In this document: piece by piece, positions 1 to 9,319 of the stretch
Layout of the letters: each line of letters opens with the position of its first letter
Position numbering within the stretch: the first letter of the stretch is position 1
Source: Ostreococcus lucimarinus
Lineage: Eukaryota
Length of the DNA stretch: 64,000 nt
Assembly: GCA_000092065.1 (NCBI GenBank)
Contig: CP000584.1
Direction: 5' to 3' (one strand)
Notes under the pieces: model-generated
What the model was told of the DNA's origin: nothing
What the model saw: the letters and a program-made list of their open reading frames with translations, nothing else
Database searches by the model: none
Made by a program: the position numbers and the translations under genes

Positions 1-443
1 ACGACGGCTAAAAAGTTAAACAACTTGAAGCAAAACGTAAAGCACGTCGTGCTCACCGCCAACCCCCCCAGCGCCTCCGCCGCGCCGTCTCCCGTCAGCC
101 TTCCGATGAACGCCGTGTCCACCGCGCCCATGACCGGATCCAACAGCAGCTCCGCCACGCCCGGCAGCGCGAGCGCGAAAATCGACGCGTCCAGCAGCTC
201 GAGCGTCTCCGCGCTCGGCGGCGCCCGCGCCCGCCACTCCGCGCACTCGTCCCAGTCCGGAATCGCTTCCCCGGTCGCTCGATCGACGCCCAGGATCGTG
301 CGCCGCGCCCGCGTCCGCGCGTCGCGCGCCGTCGCGTCGTCGGTCGCGCGCGGTCGGGCCGTCGGCATCGCGCGTCGGCGTCGCGCCGCGCGCCCGCGCG
401 TCGCCCGCGCGACGCCGCGACGCGTCGACGGCGTCGCCCGCAT
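1..443 (-). CDS. MATE (multidrug and toxin extrusion / DTX) family transporter, N-terminal part; the gene continues beyond the left edge
   Basis: Absent from the ORF track because the frame is open to the window edge. The reverse frame with codon tops at positions = 2 mod 3 reads ..MPTARPRATDDATARDARTRARRTILGVDRATGEAIPDWDECAEWRARAPPSAETLELLDASIFALALPGVAELLLDPVMGAVDTAFIGRLTGDGAAEALGGLAVSTTCFTFCFKLFNFLAV to the edge. The ALP..DP....VDTAF.G..G...L...GV....F....KLFNF pattern matches the first helices of plant DTX/MATE proteins. In-frame ATGs lie at 443 and 368, so the start is uncertain. Confidence 0.6.
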   Translation of the reverse strand, partial: MRATPSTRRGVARATRGRAARRRRAMPTARPRATDDATARDARTRARRTILGVDRATGEAIPDWDECAEWRARAPPSAETLELLDASIFALALPGVAELLLDPVMGAVDTAFIGRLTGDGAAEALGGLAVSTTCFTFCFKLFNFLAV

Positions 444-516
444 CGCCCTCGGCGTCGTCGTCGCGCGCGTCGTCGCGCGCGCGCGTCTGCGCGACGCGCG
501 CGCGCGATCGCGCGAT

Positions 517-532
517 CGGTCGGTCGGTCGGT
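517..532. repeat. (CGGT)4 = (ACCG)n tetranucleotide microsatellite in the MATE/exportin-5 divergent spacer
   Basis: Direct reading: cggtcggtcggtcggt. The same motif class recurs at 38923..38942. Confidence 0.8.
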
Positions 533-750
533 CGCGCGGTCGGTCGCCGCACCGCCGCACCGATTTATTTTTTATACTAAAAAGTACATACCACAAACGA
601 TATCGCGAATACGATACCCGTCGATCGGACGCATCGACGGGTCGTGACTCAGAAACAGGGGGACTCCCGCGCGCGCGCGCGCCGGGCCGACGCCGCGCGC
701 CGACGCCGCGCGACGACGCACCGCGGCGCGCGCGCGAGCGACCGCGCCGC

Positions 751-3700
751 ATGTCGGACGTCGCGGCGCGATGCGCGGACGCCCTCGAGCGCGCCGCGCG
801 CGGCGCCGAGGGCGCGCGCGCGCGCGCGGAGGCGGTCGAACTCGCGCGGGAGGTGCGACGCGACGACGCGACGCGACGAGACGCGACGACGACGCGACGA
901 CGACGCGCGACGCGACGCGATCGGTGACTGACGATGGATCGATGACGCGCGATGGCGATGCGAAGCTGAAAACGGGCGACGCGCGACGAGCGATGGAGGC
1001 GTGTCGATCGCTGTGCGCGCGGGGACGCGGGCTCGAGGCGCGACACTTCGGCTTCGGCGTGCTGCGGGACGTGGCGCGGACGCGCTGGCGAGGGCTGACG
1101 GCGGAGGAGCGGATGGAGATGGCGAGCTTGGCGCACGGGATGCTGCTGGAGGTGAGCGCGGGAGACGCGGCGGAGGCGTACGCGGTGAAATCAAAGGCGG
1201 CGACGCTCGTGGCGGAGACGGTGCGGCAGGAGGGCGCGAGTCTGTGGACGAGGTTGGTGCCGGATTTGGTGAGCATGACGACGGGGGACGAGGCGCAGAG
1301 GGCGGAGATGGGGGTGAACGTCATACGGTACGTCGCGGAGGACGTGGCGGTGTATAACGAGGACATGATAGGTGGGAAGATGCGAGAGTTGTTGGGCGGG
1401 TTGTCGAGCACGGTGGGGACGATTTTGCCGGCGATTTACGCGCTGATGGAGAAGCATTACACCAAGGCGACCGCGGCGACGGATCGCGAGGTGGCGAAAA
1501 GGCACGCCGCGGCGGTGAATGCGGCGCTCGGGGCGGCTGCGGTGTACAGCGAGTGGGCTCCGTTGGCGCCAATCATGCGGAGCGGTTTGATCGAGGCGTG
1601 TGGGATGCTCTTGGTGCGTCTAGTTTTCTTCGCGCGCGCGTCTTTTTTTTCTTCGTCCAACACACGAACACGCACGACGCCGATGATGATAATCCAATAA
1701 GGATCAACCATCCGAACATCCCTATGTGGAATTTTTGCTAGTACTGTCCGAGGCGCGCGTGAACGACAAAGCGCCGGTGTGTTTGTTTTTTTTTGACTCT
1801 CGACTGACTCGCGCCGGACGTCACGAACCGCAGGCGAGCGATGAATTTCGTTGCGCGGCGTGCGATGCTTTGAGACACGTCGTCGCTCGCCGTGCCAACG
1901 TCGCGCAAGGCGTGGACGAGCAAGATGATCAGGATATCATCAAGGGTTTGACGCTCGCGGCGAACGCGATGTCCACGGCGGCGGAACGCGTGATTTCGCA
2001 CCCGAACCAAGCCGATCTCGTGAGCGATCCAGAAGAAGTCATGTTCATCAAGAGACTGGGTGAGACGATGGCATCGATGGCGGGGTACCATCTCAGCACG
2101 ATCACGGACGAGAGCACGCGTAACGTGTTCCTCGAGCGATTGATGGGGCTGTCGCGATTTCCTAGTTTGGAGGTTTTGGACGTCGTTATCGGCGCGTGGC
2201 CGGTGATGCTCCGCGCCATGGGTGCCGAGCTTCCCAAGACGTTCGTGCGAGGACCACCGTCGCAAGGAGTTAATAATCCATACAACGCGCAAAAGCTCGA
2301 GCCGAACGGGATTCTTCCCATGGGCGCTCCCGAGGTTTTGCTCGAAATCTCGCGCGTGTGGCTCAACGCCGGCGCGGGCATCGCCTCTGGGTTTGACACC
2401 AATGGTATTCCGGGTAATAAAGCGGAAGATTGGGCCGATGAATTCGAAAGCGTGGTAGAGCTTCGCGAGACGTGGGTGCAGCTTCGGGCGAAATGGATGG
2501 ACATCACCAAGTTGTGCACGGCGTTGTGTCCGAGCAGCGCGGCGAATCAAGCGTCGCAAAACACGCTGATGGTGATTTCGTGGACGCAACCAGGCGGACC
2601 TTTGGCGAATAGCTCGGATGAAACGAAATGCGCGGCTCTGGAGGGTGCGACGTCGTTTTTAGAAGCCATCATGGTCGCTCTTCCGACCGAGGGTCCGTCG
2701 TTTATGGGCTTCGCTAGCACGTTGGAGGCGCTCCTCGGCCAGCTCGTGGCGATTGACTTCAAGGCGCCGCTGAGCAACGCGCAGGTGTCCAAATTGCTCG
2801 AAACGTTCGGCAAGTTTGCCCGGGCGCGTCCAGAAGTGGCTCTGACGATAATGAGTCGACTTTTTACGATTTTGAATGAATTGCCCGCCGACGTACAATC
2901 TGGAGCGCCGCCGGTGCGGCAGCGCGACATCGTCGCGAGCGGGCGCACGGGCCAGGCGGCGAGACAAAAAGTGTGCGCGGCGATTCTCATAGTTTGTTCA
3001 GCGGCCCCAACGGTACGTCAATCGATGCGCTCGACTGATTTTCGACACCAAAGCGCCTCTTAGAAAACTTGACGAGCCTTTTCACTCGTTTCGATTTATG
3101 CTGGGGCGCGAAATAAATTCGCGAACGCGGCTCGAGCGCAGCCTCTTCGGCGGCTTCTCTTCGATTCGTGGTCGCCACATATTTTTGACGCGCGCGATTC
3201 GAGATTACATCGACTGACGGACAACGCGAACGTGTTTCACATCACGGCAACAGGCTTTGAACCCACATCTGGAGGCTTTTGCCTCTCAAATCGAAACCAT
3301 GAAATCTTCCGGACGACTGAGCGGCGCCGAGCGAGGTTCGCTCGCCGAGGCGCTCCTCGCGGTTGCTGGGCCGTCCGGCGCGCAGCGCGTGCGCGAAGTT
3401 CTCGAGTGGCTGCTGTCATCCGTCCGAAATAGATGGGTTCCTGGGGGTGCGCTCTCGCCAGAGGTTGAGCATCTGTTGGCCATTTCTACGATGGCGGCGG
3501 GCGAAGCCGCCGGCGGAACGCAAGGCTTGTCGTCGGCGCACTGGGAGCTGTTTCACGACGTACAACTCACCGAGCGTTGTCTTCGACGGAGTTTGGGTGA
3601 TGCGGAAACAGCTAAAGTACCGACAGGTTTGATGAAGCCCGTGGACCCACCGCCACCGATATCGGAATGTCCGGCAGTGGATCATATGGAATGGGCCGTC

Positions 3701-5044
3701 TCGCTCGTCTCGTGCTTGGCGCGAAGAATTCACTCGTACTGGACTCCGCAAGGGAGCGCGGCGATGCACAGTTGCCAATTAGGCGCGGCGCTTGGAATGA
3801 GCCCCGAAGAGAAGGCGGCGTATTTGATTCACGGTCCGGCGCGAACGCAAGTTCTCAACGAGGAAGAACCCGGGACGAGCACGACGGCGAGCGCGTCTCG
3901 CGATTGGATGCGATGCCTGCGCGATTGCTCGTACTCGGTCTTCGCGTTGTTCAGCATTCACGCTCCCGCGGCATTTTACCCGAACCAAGCCTTAGCGAGC
4001 GCGTGTGGTGGGTCTATGTTAGCTGATCTGCCGTACATGGAGCTCAGGCACGTTCGTCAAGTCGTGCACGCGGCGGTGCGACCGATCATGGGGCGGTGTC
4101 CGGCGGCGCATCGCGCGATGTGGCAGACGGCGCTCGTGAACCCGCTGTGCGCGGCGCTGCACGACCGCCTCGCCAAGGAATGGGCGAACACGCGCGTGGT
4201 GAACGCGACCAAGGCGCAAGAAAGAGGAGATGAAGACGACGAGACGGATGGCGTCGAGGTGAATGATTTGATTTCTGAACGAATTCTTCGCGACATCACG
4301 CGGGACCACTGCGCGATGCTCGCCATCGTCGCGGCTCCCGAAGGCACGTTCGGGCGCAAGACCAAAGGGAGTGGGTTGACTGGTGTCATGGGTGATATGT
4401 CAAACACGCTATTAGGGACATCGTACGCCGGAGGGAAACACATATTGGATTGGATCGCGCACGGTGACGCTAACGCGATTCGCGCCGGCATCGCCACGGG
4501 GGCCGCCGCGCTCACGTGGGAAGACGCGGAATCCACCGGCCACGCCGTGAACTTTGTGCGCGGGCTGTGTGCCGCCGCCGGGAGCGCGAACGCACCGCAA
4601 GCGTTGCGAGACAACGTCGGTTCAGATGTCTTCCAAGCCACCCTCGTGGCGCTGACGCAAAGCTCCAACGCCGCGCACCAAGCCGACATTCTCGGCTTGA
4701 TTCGCGACATCATCATTTGGCTCACCCCGAAGACGCAATCCGTGGTACAAATCTTGATGAGTCTTCCCGGAATGACGCAGCAAGCCCTCGATTCATGCGT
4801 GCGAGAGCTCGGTGCCATGCGAAGCGAGAAGAAAGCCGCTAATTTCGTCAAGGACTTCTTAATCAACGCCAGCGGAGGAGGAGAAGAGCTTCGCGCCCTC
4901 GTCGAGGCGCGTTCGCAAACCAACAAGAGCGGCGTCGCGATTCAAATACCGAAGACCGCCCCGCGAAATCCAGTGAAGCAATCGACGAGTCCGGACAATC
5001 ACGGTTTCTCCGCCGAGGCGGCGTCCAACGCGATCGGACTGTGA
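751..5044 (+). CDS. XPO5: Exportin-5 / HASTY homolog, 4 coding exons: join(751..852,966..1613,1834..3012,3254..5044), 1239 aa
   Basis: Track ORFs 25..927 (3' part), 771..1700, 1726..3063 and 3257..5044 are consecutive pieces of one protein. The proposed joins keep the frame, and the total of 3720 nt is divisible by 3. The protein is collinear with plant HASTY as I recall it: KSKAATLVAETVRQEG, YVAEDVAVYNEDMIGGKMRELL, AVYSEWAPLAPIMRSGLIEACGMLL|ASDEFRCAACDAL across intron 2, and a C-terminal SEKKAANFVKDFL block like the XPO5 tail. The exon 1/2 junction is the least certain. Confidence 0.8.
853..965 (+). other. Spliceosomal intron (exportin-5 intron 1, 113 nt)
   Basis: GTGCGA donor at 853, ACTGAC at 927..932, AAG acceptor ending at 965. 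The splice joins ..ELAREV to LKTGDARRAMEAC.. in phase 0. Confidence 0.55.
1614..1833 (+). other. Spliceosomal intron (exportin-5 intron 2, 220 nt)
   Basis: GTGCGT donor, ACTGAC at 1803..1808, CAG acceptor at 1831..1833, phase 0. It is AT-richer with T-runs. Its removal reproduces the conserved HASTY junction. Confidence 0.85.
3013..3253 (+). other. Spliceosomal intron (exportin-5 intron 3, 241 nt)
   Basis: GTACGT donor, ACTGAC at 3213..3218, CAG acceptor at 3251..3253, phase 0. It removes the stop at 3061..3063. Confidence 0.8.
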
Positions 5045-5160
5045 GAACGTCCCGACGTTTCGTCCCGTCCCGCTCAGTCAACCGCCGTAGCGTTGTCGTA
5101 GACCCAACCGACTTAGACATCACTCTCGCGCGCGCCTCGATCGCTCGCCCGCGCGTAAAC

Positions 5161-6357
5161 ATGTGCGCCGCGCTCGACGCGTGCTCGACGTCCTACGCCA
5201 CCGGCGCGCGCGCGCCGCGCGCGCGTTCGCGCCGCCGCCAGCCGTCCTCTCGCGCCACCGCGCGCGCCTCGCGCGACGACGACGACGCGCCGAGGCGTCG
5301 GCACGCCCCGCCGCTTCCTCCGCTCGATCCTCGACCGCCGTTGATCACGCACTACGAAGCGCGGCGGTTGCTCGACGCGCGCGCGAACGGCGAGACGTCG
5401 TGCAAAGTCAGCTGGGATTTTCACTTTACGACGCCGAACGACGCGCGCGTGGACGCGCTCGGCGCGAGGGCGACGCTGGACGGCGACCGCGAGGTGTTCA
5501 TGGCTTGGGATGCGATCGAAACGATCGCGGGCGATGAGCGAGGGGTGTACGAGCCGGCCGATGAGGACGATTGGCTCGGAGGTGGGGCGCGCAAGGTGGT
5601 GACGTTTAGCGACGACACCGAACGAGCGGTTTCGTTGATGCCGAGCGGCGAGCGCACGTGGCCCACGGCGTTGATCGCGGGGTTTAGCATGCATAGGTTC
5701 GGCGTCGGCGTCGATCCGAAGGAAGACACGGAGAAAAAGTTGGGAGCGGTCGCGCCCATACGCAAGAATGCGCGATTGCTCGATATTTGCACGGGGTTGG
5801 CGTACACGTCGTGCATGGCGCACGCTCGAGGCGCCGACGTCACCACGATTGAACTCGATCGCACGATGACAAAGATGTGCAGAATGAACCCACATTCAAA
5901 AGCACTGTTTGAAGGCGAAATTGAGCAGTTGTACGGCAACGGTGCGGACGTCGTCAAGACGTTTGAAGACTCATGCTTTGACGTTATCATAACCGACCCG
6001 CCGACGTTTGCTCTCGCAGGCGAACTCTACTCTGCCGAATTCTACGCCGATCTCAAGCGCATCTTGCGCCCTAAAGGCAAACTGTACCACTATATTGGCG
6101 ATCCGAAGAGTGCGTCGGGTTCCGGCGTCGCCGCGGGCGTCGTCCGTCGTTTGAAGCAAGTCGGCTTTGACGCCGCCATCGACTACGACGCGCACGGCAT
6201 AGTCGCCGCCCACGACCGCGTTCGTCTCAACCGCACTTCCAAGGACAAGTCGCCGCGCAAGTCATCATCTAAATCTCGCGGTCGACGCGTCGACGACGCC
6301 TCCACGCGTCGTCCGCGCCGCGGTCGCCGTCCCGAGGACTTCGAAGACGACGAGTAG
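5161..6357 (+). CDS. Class I SAM-dependent methyltransferase (DPPTF catalytic-type motif), with an N-terminal Arg/Ala-rich extension
   Basis: The track ORF 5041..6357 starts at a GTG overlapping the exportin stop; the first ATG is 5161. Motif I-like LLDICTGLAYTS, then FDVIITDPPTF and a KGKLYHYIG C-terminal block. The substrate cannot be assigned. Confidence 0.65.
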   Translation: MCAALDACSTSYATGARAPRARSRRRQPSSRATARASRDDDDAPRRRHAPPLPPLDPRPPLITHYEARRLLDARANGETSCKVSWDFHFTTPNDARVDALGARATLDGDREVFMAWDAIETIAGDERGVYEPADEDDWLGGGARKVVTFSDDTERAVSLMPSGERTWPTALIAGFSMHRFGVGVDPKEDTEKKLGAVAPIRKNARLLDICTGLAYTSCMAHARGADVTTIELDRTMTKMCRMNPHSKALFEGEIEQLYGNGADVVKTFEDSCFDVIITDPPTFALAGELYSAEFYADLKRILRPKGKLYHYIGDPKSASGSGVAAGVVRRLKQVGFDAAIDYDAHGIVAAHDRVRLNRTSKDKSPRKSSSKSRGRRVDDASTRRPRRGRRPEDFEDDE

Positions 6358-6433
6358 GTAGCCAAAATGTCATGTCAAATTTCAGGTCTATGCGCGAGTC
6401 ACGACGAACGGTCGAGTGGACTGATCGCGGATT

Positions 6434-7768
6434 TCATTTCGTGGCGTACAGGTCTATCATTGTCGAGAATCGCTCGCGCGGTGGGGGTGGTTCTTCAAGG
6501 GGGTCAAAGCCAAAATATTCGCGCAGCTGTCCTATCACTTCTTCGCGCACATCTAGTTCCGGCCACGCGCGCAAGAAGCGGTTCACCGTAGGCGTGAGCT
6601 CGCGTAGCGACACGTAGCCGTCTCGTTGATGTGACAGTGCGATTTGGACGATCAATTCCACCGCGCTGACGTACATTCGTTGCCAATCGACGACGTAATG
6701 CGCTGAATCGGGCGCGCCGTGATCTTGCGCGTATCGCAAACATTCAATCTCGTTCACATAGGCGGCAGCACCGCACGTCAACTCGTCCCAGCGACACCCG
6801 TGCTCGTGTGCGTACTTCAAACACTCCAAATGTCCTTTTTCAGCGGCATTCTGGCACGTCTCTTCGTTCCAAGGACACCCGCGCTCGTGCAAGTACTTCA
6901 AACACTCCAAATGTCCATTCGAAGCGGCATACGCGCACATTTCCTCGTATAAAGGACACCCGCGCTCGTACGCGTACTTCAAACACTCCAAATGTCCATT
7001 CTCGGCGGCAGCACCGCACGTCTCCTCGTTCCAAGGACACCCGTGCTCGTGCGCGTACTTCAAACACTCCAAATGTCCATTCTCGGCGGCATTCGCGCAC
7101 GTCAAGTCGCTCCAATCACACCCGCGCTCGCGCGCGTACTTCAAACATTCCAACTGTCCACTCATGGCGGCACTCGCGCACGTCTCCCAGTTCCACTCGT
7201 ACCCGAGCTCGAGCGCCAACCGCAAGAGTTCCAAGTCTCCGAGAAACGCCGCGCACGCCGGCACCGCCGCGCTCGTCGCAATCACAGCCGTCCCGACACG
7301 TGCGAGCGCGTCCAGACCATGATCCGCCCGATATACCGCATAATCATCCTCGTTCTCCACCGCCTCGAGCCTCATCGCCGCGAACGCCCGTCGCAACCGC
7401 CGCCTCGCGCGCGCCGCGCTCGCGCGCTCCATCGCCGCCGCGCCGCCGTCGATGTCGACCGTCTCGGAGTGCGCGACGCCAACCGTCGCGTCGAAAAAGG
7501 CGCAAAAAATCGCCTTTAAAAGGTCCGTGTTGCGATACGAATCGTCACGATTTTCCCGCCCGAAACGCACTTTTTTAAAAAGTGACGTTGACGCGAATCG
7601 ACGACGACGCGGCGTCGCCACGCGCGCGCGCGGAATCGAACGGGACGACGCGCTCGAGATGCACCGCGCCGCCATCGCGCTGACGTTCGCCGCGCCGTCG
7701 CCGCTCGCGCGACGACGCACGATCGACGCGACGCCCGCGGATGCGCCCGCGGCGGCGCAAAGACACAT
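6434..7768 (-). CDS. Ankyrin-like repeat protein with six 27-residue GHLECLKYAHEHGCPW-type repeats and a unique C-terminal domain
   Basis: The long ORF starts at a true ATG at 7768. An internal ATG at 7432 (MERASAARARRRL) is the more likely start, because 7500..7600 is AT-rich and promoter-like. Repeats: C..AA..GHLECLKYA.E.GC.W.E.T x6. Confidence 0.7.
   Translation of the reverse strand: MCLCAAAGASAGVASIVRRRASGDGAANVSAMAARCISSASSRSIPRARVATPRRRRFASTSLFKKVRFGRENRDDSYRNTDLLKAIFCAFFDATVGVAHSETVDIDGGAAAMERASAARARRRLRRAFAAMRLEAVENEDDYAVYRADHGLDALARVGTAVIATSAAVPACAAFLGDLELLRLALELGYEWNWETCASAAMSGQLECLKYARERGCDWSDLTCANAAENGHLECLKYAHEHGCPWNEETCGAAAENGHLECLKYAYERGCPLYEEMCAYAASNGHLECLKYLHERGCPWNEETCQNAAEKGHLECLKYAHEHGCRWDELTCGAAAYVNEIECLRYAQDHGAPDSAHYVVDWQRMYVSAVELIVQIALSHQRDGYVSLRELTPTVNRFLRAWPELDVREEVIGQLREYFGFDPLEEPPPPRERFSTMIDLYATK
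6722..7207 (-). repeat. Coding tandem array, 6 x 81 bp
   Basis: The block gtacttcaaacactccaaatgtcc recurs at 6812, 6893, 6974 and 7055. Diverged copies lie at 6731 and 7136, exactly 81 bp apart. This explains the out-of-frame track ORFs 6719..6952, 6808..7578, 6840..7115 and 6992..7519. Confidence 0.9.
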
Positions 7769-7844
7769 CGCGCAGACGAAACGACGCGGGGACGACGCGC
7801 GAGGACGCGCGGAATCGCTCGCCGCGAGCGAACGGCGGGACGCG

Positions 7845-8126
7845 ATGACGGATGAATTGGTGGTGTACGCGCTGGATGAGTTCGGGGGGACGCGAAGGCG
7901 CGAACGACGACGACGAGGGACGCGGGAGGGGACGACGCGCGGGACGCTCGACGGTTTGAGCGCGCGGACGAGACGCGCGAGCGAAGAAAAGGCGACGCGC
8001 GTGATGACGTGGCGCGTGGGCGCGGAAGCGCACGCGCAGACGGCGACGTTGGGGTTGTTGACGACGCCGAGAACGCGCGCGGGGACGCGACGGTCGAACG
8101 CAAACTTGCGGGCGTTGTTCGACTAG
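7845..8126 (+). CDS. Possible small hypothetical protein (93 aa)
   Basis: An ATG inside track ORF 7452..8126 gives MTDELVVYALDEFGG... The stop is followed by an AT-rich, terminator-like island at 8221..8300 shared with the convergent ORF 8350..9162. The protein is low-complexity and Arg-rich, with no recognisable family. Confidence 0.25.
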   Translation: MTDELVVYALDEFGGTRRRERRRRGTREGTTRGTLDGLSARTRRASEEKATRVMTWRVGAEAHAQTATLGLLTTPRTRAGTRRSNANLRALFD

Positions 8127-8349
8127 ACGGCGGGCGACAGCTGGCGAGACGTCGAATCGCGGGGAACGCGTCGACGTCCGATCGCGTCGACGTCCGATCG
8201 CGCGCGCGTCGGTGCGTGCGCTAGAAAACCTAATATGTATACAGCAACTGAATGGCTAGAATGTACTAGAATTTTGTCTCAATAAGAAAAAGGTACCGTA
8301 ACACCCCTCGCGGGTCTCGTCGCTCGAACGCCGCGCTTCGCGTCGCGAA

Positions 8350-9162
8350 TCAGACGATCACCTCTCCCGTCTCCTCGCGAATCACCGCCGCGATGTGCGC
8401 TTTCGAAACCGATCGATTCGACGGCGACGACGTCCACCGCGTGCCGTCGACCGCGCGCGCGTGCTCGAGGCGCGCCGTCGCTCGTCTCGCGACGTCCCTC
8501 GCGCGCGCCCTCGCCGCCGCCGCCAAAACTTTCCCCACGTCCGCGCGCACCCGCATTCCGCGCGCCATCCCTCGACTCACCACCGCTAATCTCGCGCGCA
8601 ATCGCGCCGCCGTGAGCGCTCCTCCCGTGGCGTCTCGACTCGCTTTCGATTCGCCCAGCGGCGCGCCCAGCGCCGTCCGCGTCTCGCTCGCCTTCCCCGC
8701 TCTCTCCGCCCGTCGGCTCCGTTTCTTCGTCACAACCGTCGCGAATCCGCTCCCGATCGCTCGTCGCACCGCGCCGCCATCGCTCGCGCGTCTCCGCGCG
8801 TCTTCGTTCGTCTTCGTCTCGCCCTCGTTCCCGCGTCGTCGTCCCGCGTCGTCCTCGTCCGCAGCCTCCGCGCCCGCTCGCGCCGCGCTCGCGCGCACCG
8901 CGCGCGCCAGCGTCTCCATCAGCGTCGCGTGCGTCGCCATCGCGCTCCGCGACGCGCCGAACGCGCGCGCCGCCTCGTCGTCGACGCGTTTCCGTCCGCG
9001 CGCGAACGTCTCCGCGCCCATTCGCTGCGCGTCGTCGCACGCCGCGCGCACCGCGCGCCAGTACGCCGCGAGGCACGCGCCGCGCGTCGCGTCGTCGAGT
9101 CGCGCGCGCAGGTCGACGAGCGCGTCGCGCGCGCGCGCGCGCGCGTCGGGCGGGCGCGACAT
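8350..9162 (-). CDS. Hypothetical protein (270 aa)
   Basis: ATG-started ORF with balanced composition (D/E/K/W/Y present). The overlapping plus-strand reading (the 5' part of track ORF 8393..10930) is Ala/Ser/Arg/Pro shadow-like. It ends next to the AT-rich island at 8221..8300. No family recognised. Confidence 0.45.
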   Translation of the reverse strand: MSRPPDARARARDALVDLRARLDDATRGACLAAYWRAVRAACDDAQRMGAETFARGRKRVDDEAARAFGASRSAMATHATLMETLARAVRASAARAGAEAADEDDAGRRRGNEGETKTNEDARRRASDGGAVRRAIGSGFATVVTKKRSRRAERAGKASETRTALGAPLGESKASRDATGGALTAARLRARLAVVSRGMARGMRVRADVGKVLAAAARARARDVARRATARLEHARAVDGTRWTSSPSNRSVSKAHIAAVIREETGEVIV

Positions 9163-9319
9163 GCCGAGACGCCGCGTCGGCGAGTCGCGACACTACGCGA
9201 CGCCGCGCGGCGCCCGCGTCTCCCGCGCGCGCGACGACCGCGTCCGAGGGTCCGCGCGAGCGCTCGCGCGCGCCTCGACCGCGCGCGCGTCGTCTCGGCG
9301 CGCGGGAGCCGCGCGCGCG

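Noticed and set aside
25-927. Track ORFs 25..927 (+) and 16..552 (-) as genes at the left edge.
   Set aside because: The third minus-strand frame gives a clean MATE-transporter N-terminus running off the edge. The listed ORFs are low-complexity shadows, apart from the last 34 codons of 25..927, which form exon 1 of exportin-5.
572-1411. Long antisense or out-of-frame ORFs in the supplied track. Examples: 572..1411, 649..1194, 1738..2589, 4057..4926, 5113..5895, 8279..9847, 15787..17067, 21398..22228, 24176..25138, 32062..33396, 35074..36531, 37940..38743, 38740..39753, 41131..42798, 42795..43733, 43761..44741, 52375..53592, 55206..56438, 55461..56546, 55711..56622.
   Set aside because: They overlap ORFs with clear family signatures on the other strand or in another frame. 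They are Arg/Ala/Ser/Pro/Gly-rich and low-complexity. They are what is expected when GC-rich, GC3-biased coding DNA lacks stop codons in alternative frames.
6722-7207. Possibility that the regular 81-bp repeat array is a CRISPR-like or satellite element.
   Set aside because: The array is in frame within a long ORF and encodes 27-aa ankyrin-like units. It has no unique spacers, and the whole window is eukaryotic with spliceosomal introns.
7511-7584. AT-rich near-palindromes CCTTTAAAAGG (7513..7523) and CACTTTTTTAAAAAGTG (7568..7584) as specific regulatory hairpins.
   Set aside because: They are imperfect and lie in a generally AT-rich, promoter-like island upstream of the likely ANK-like gene start (7432). 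Nothing distinguishes them from ordinary promoter AT tracts.
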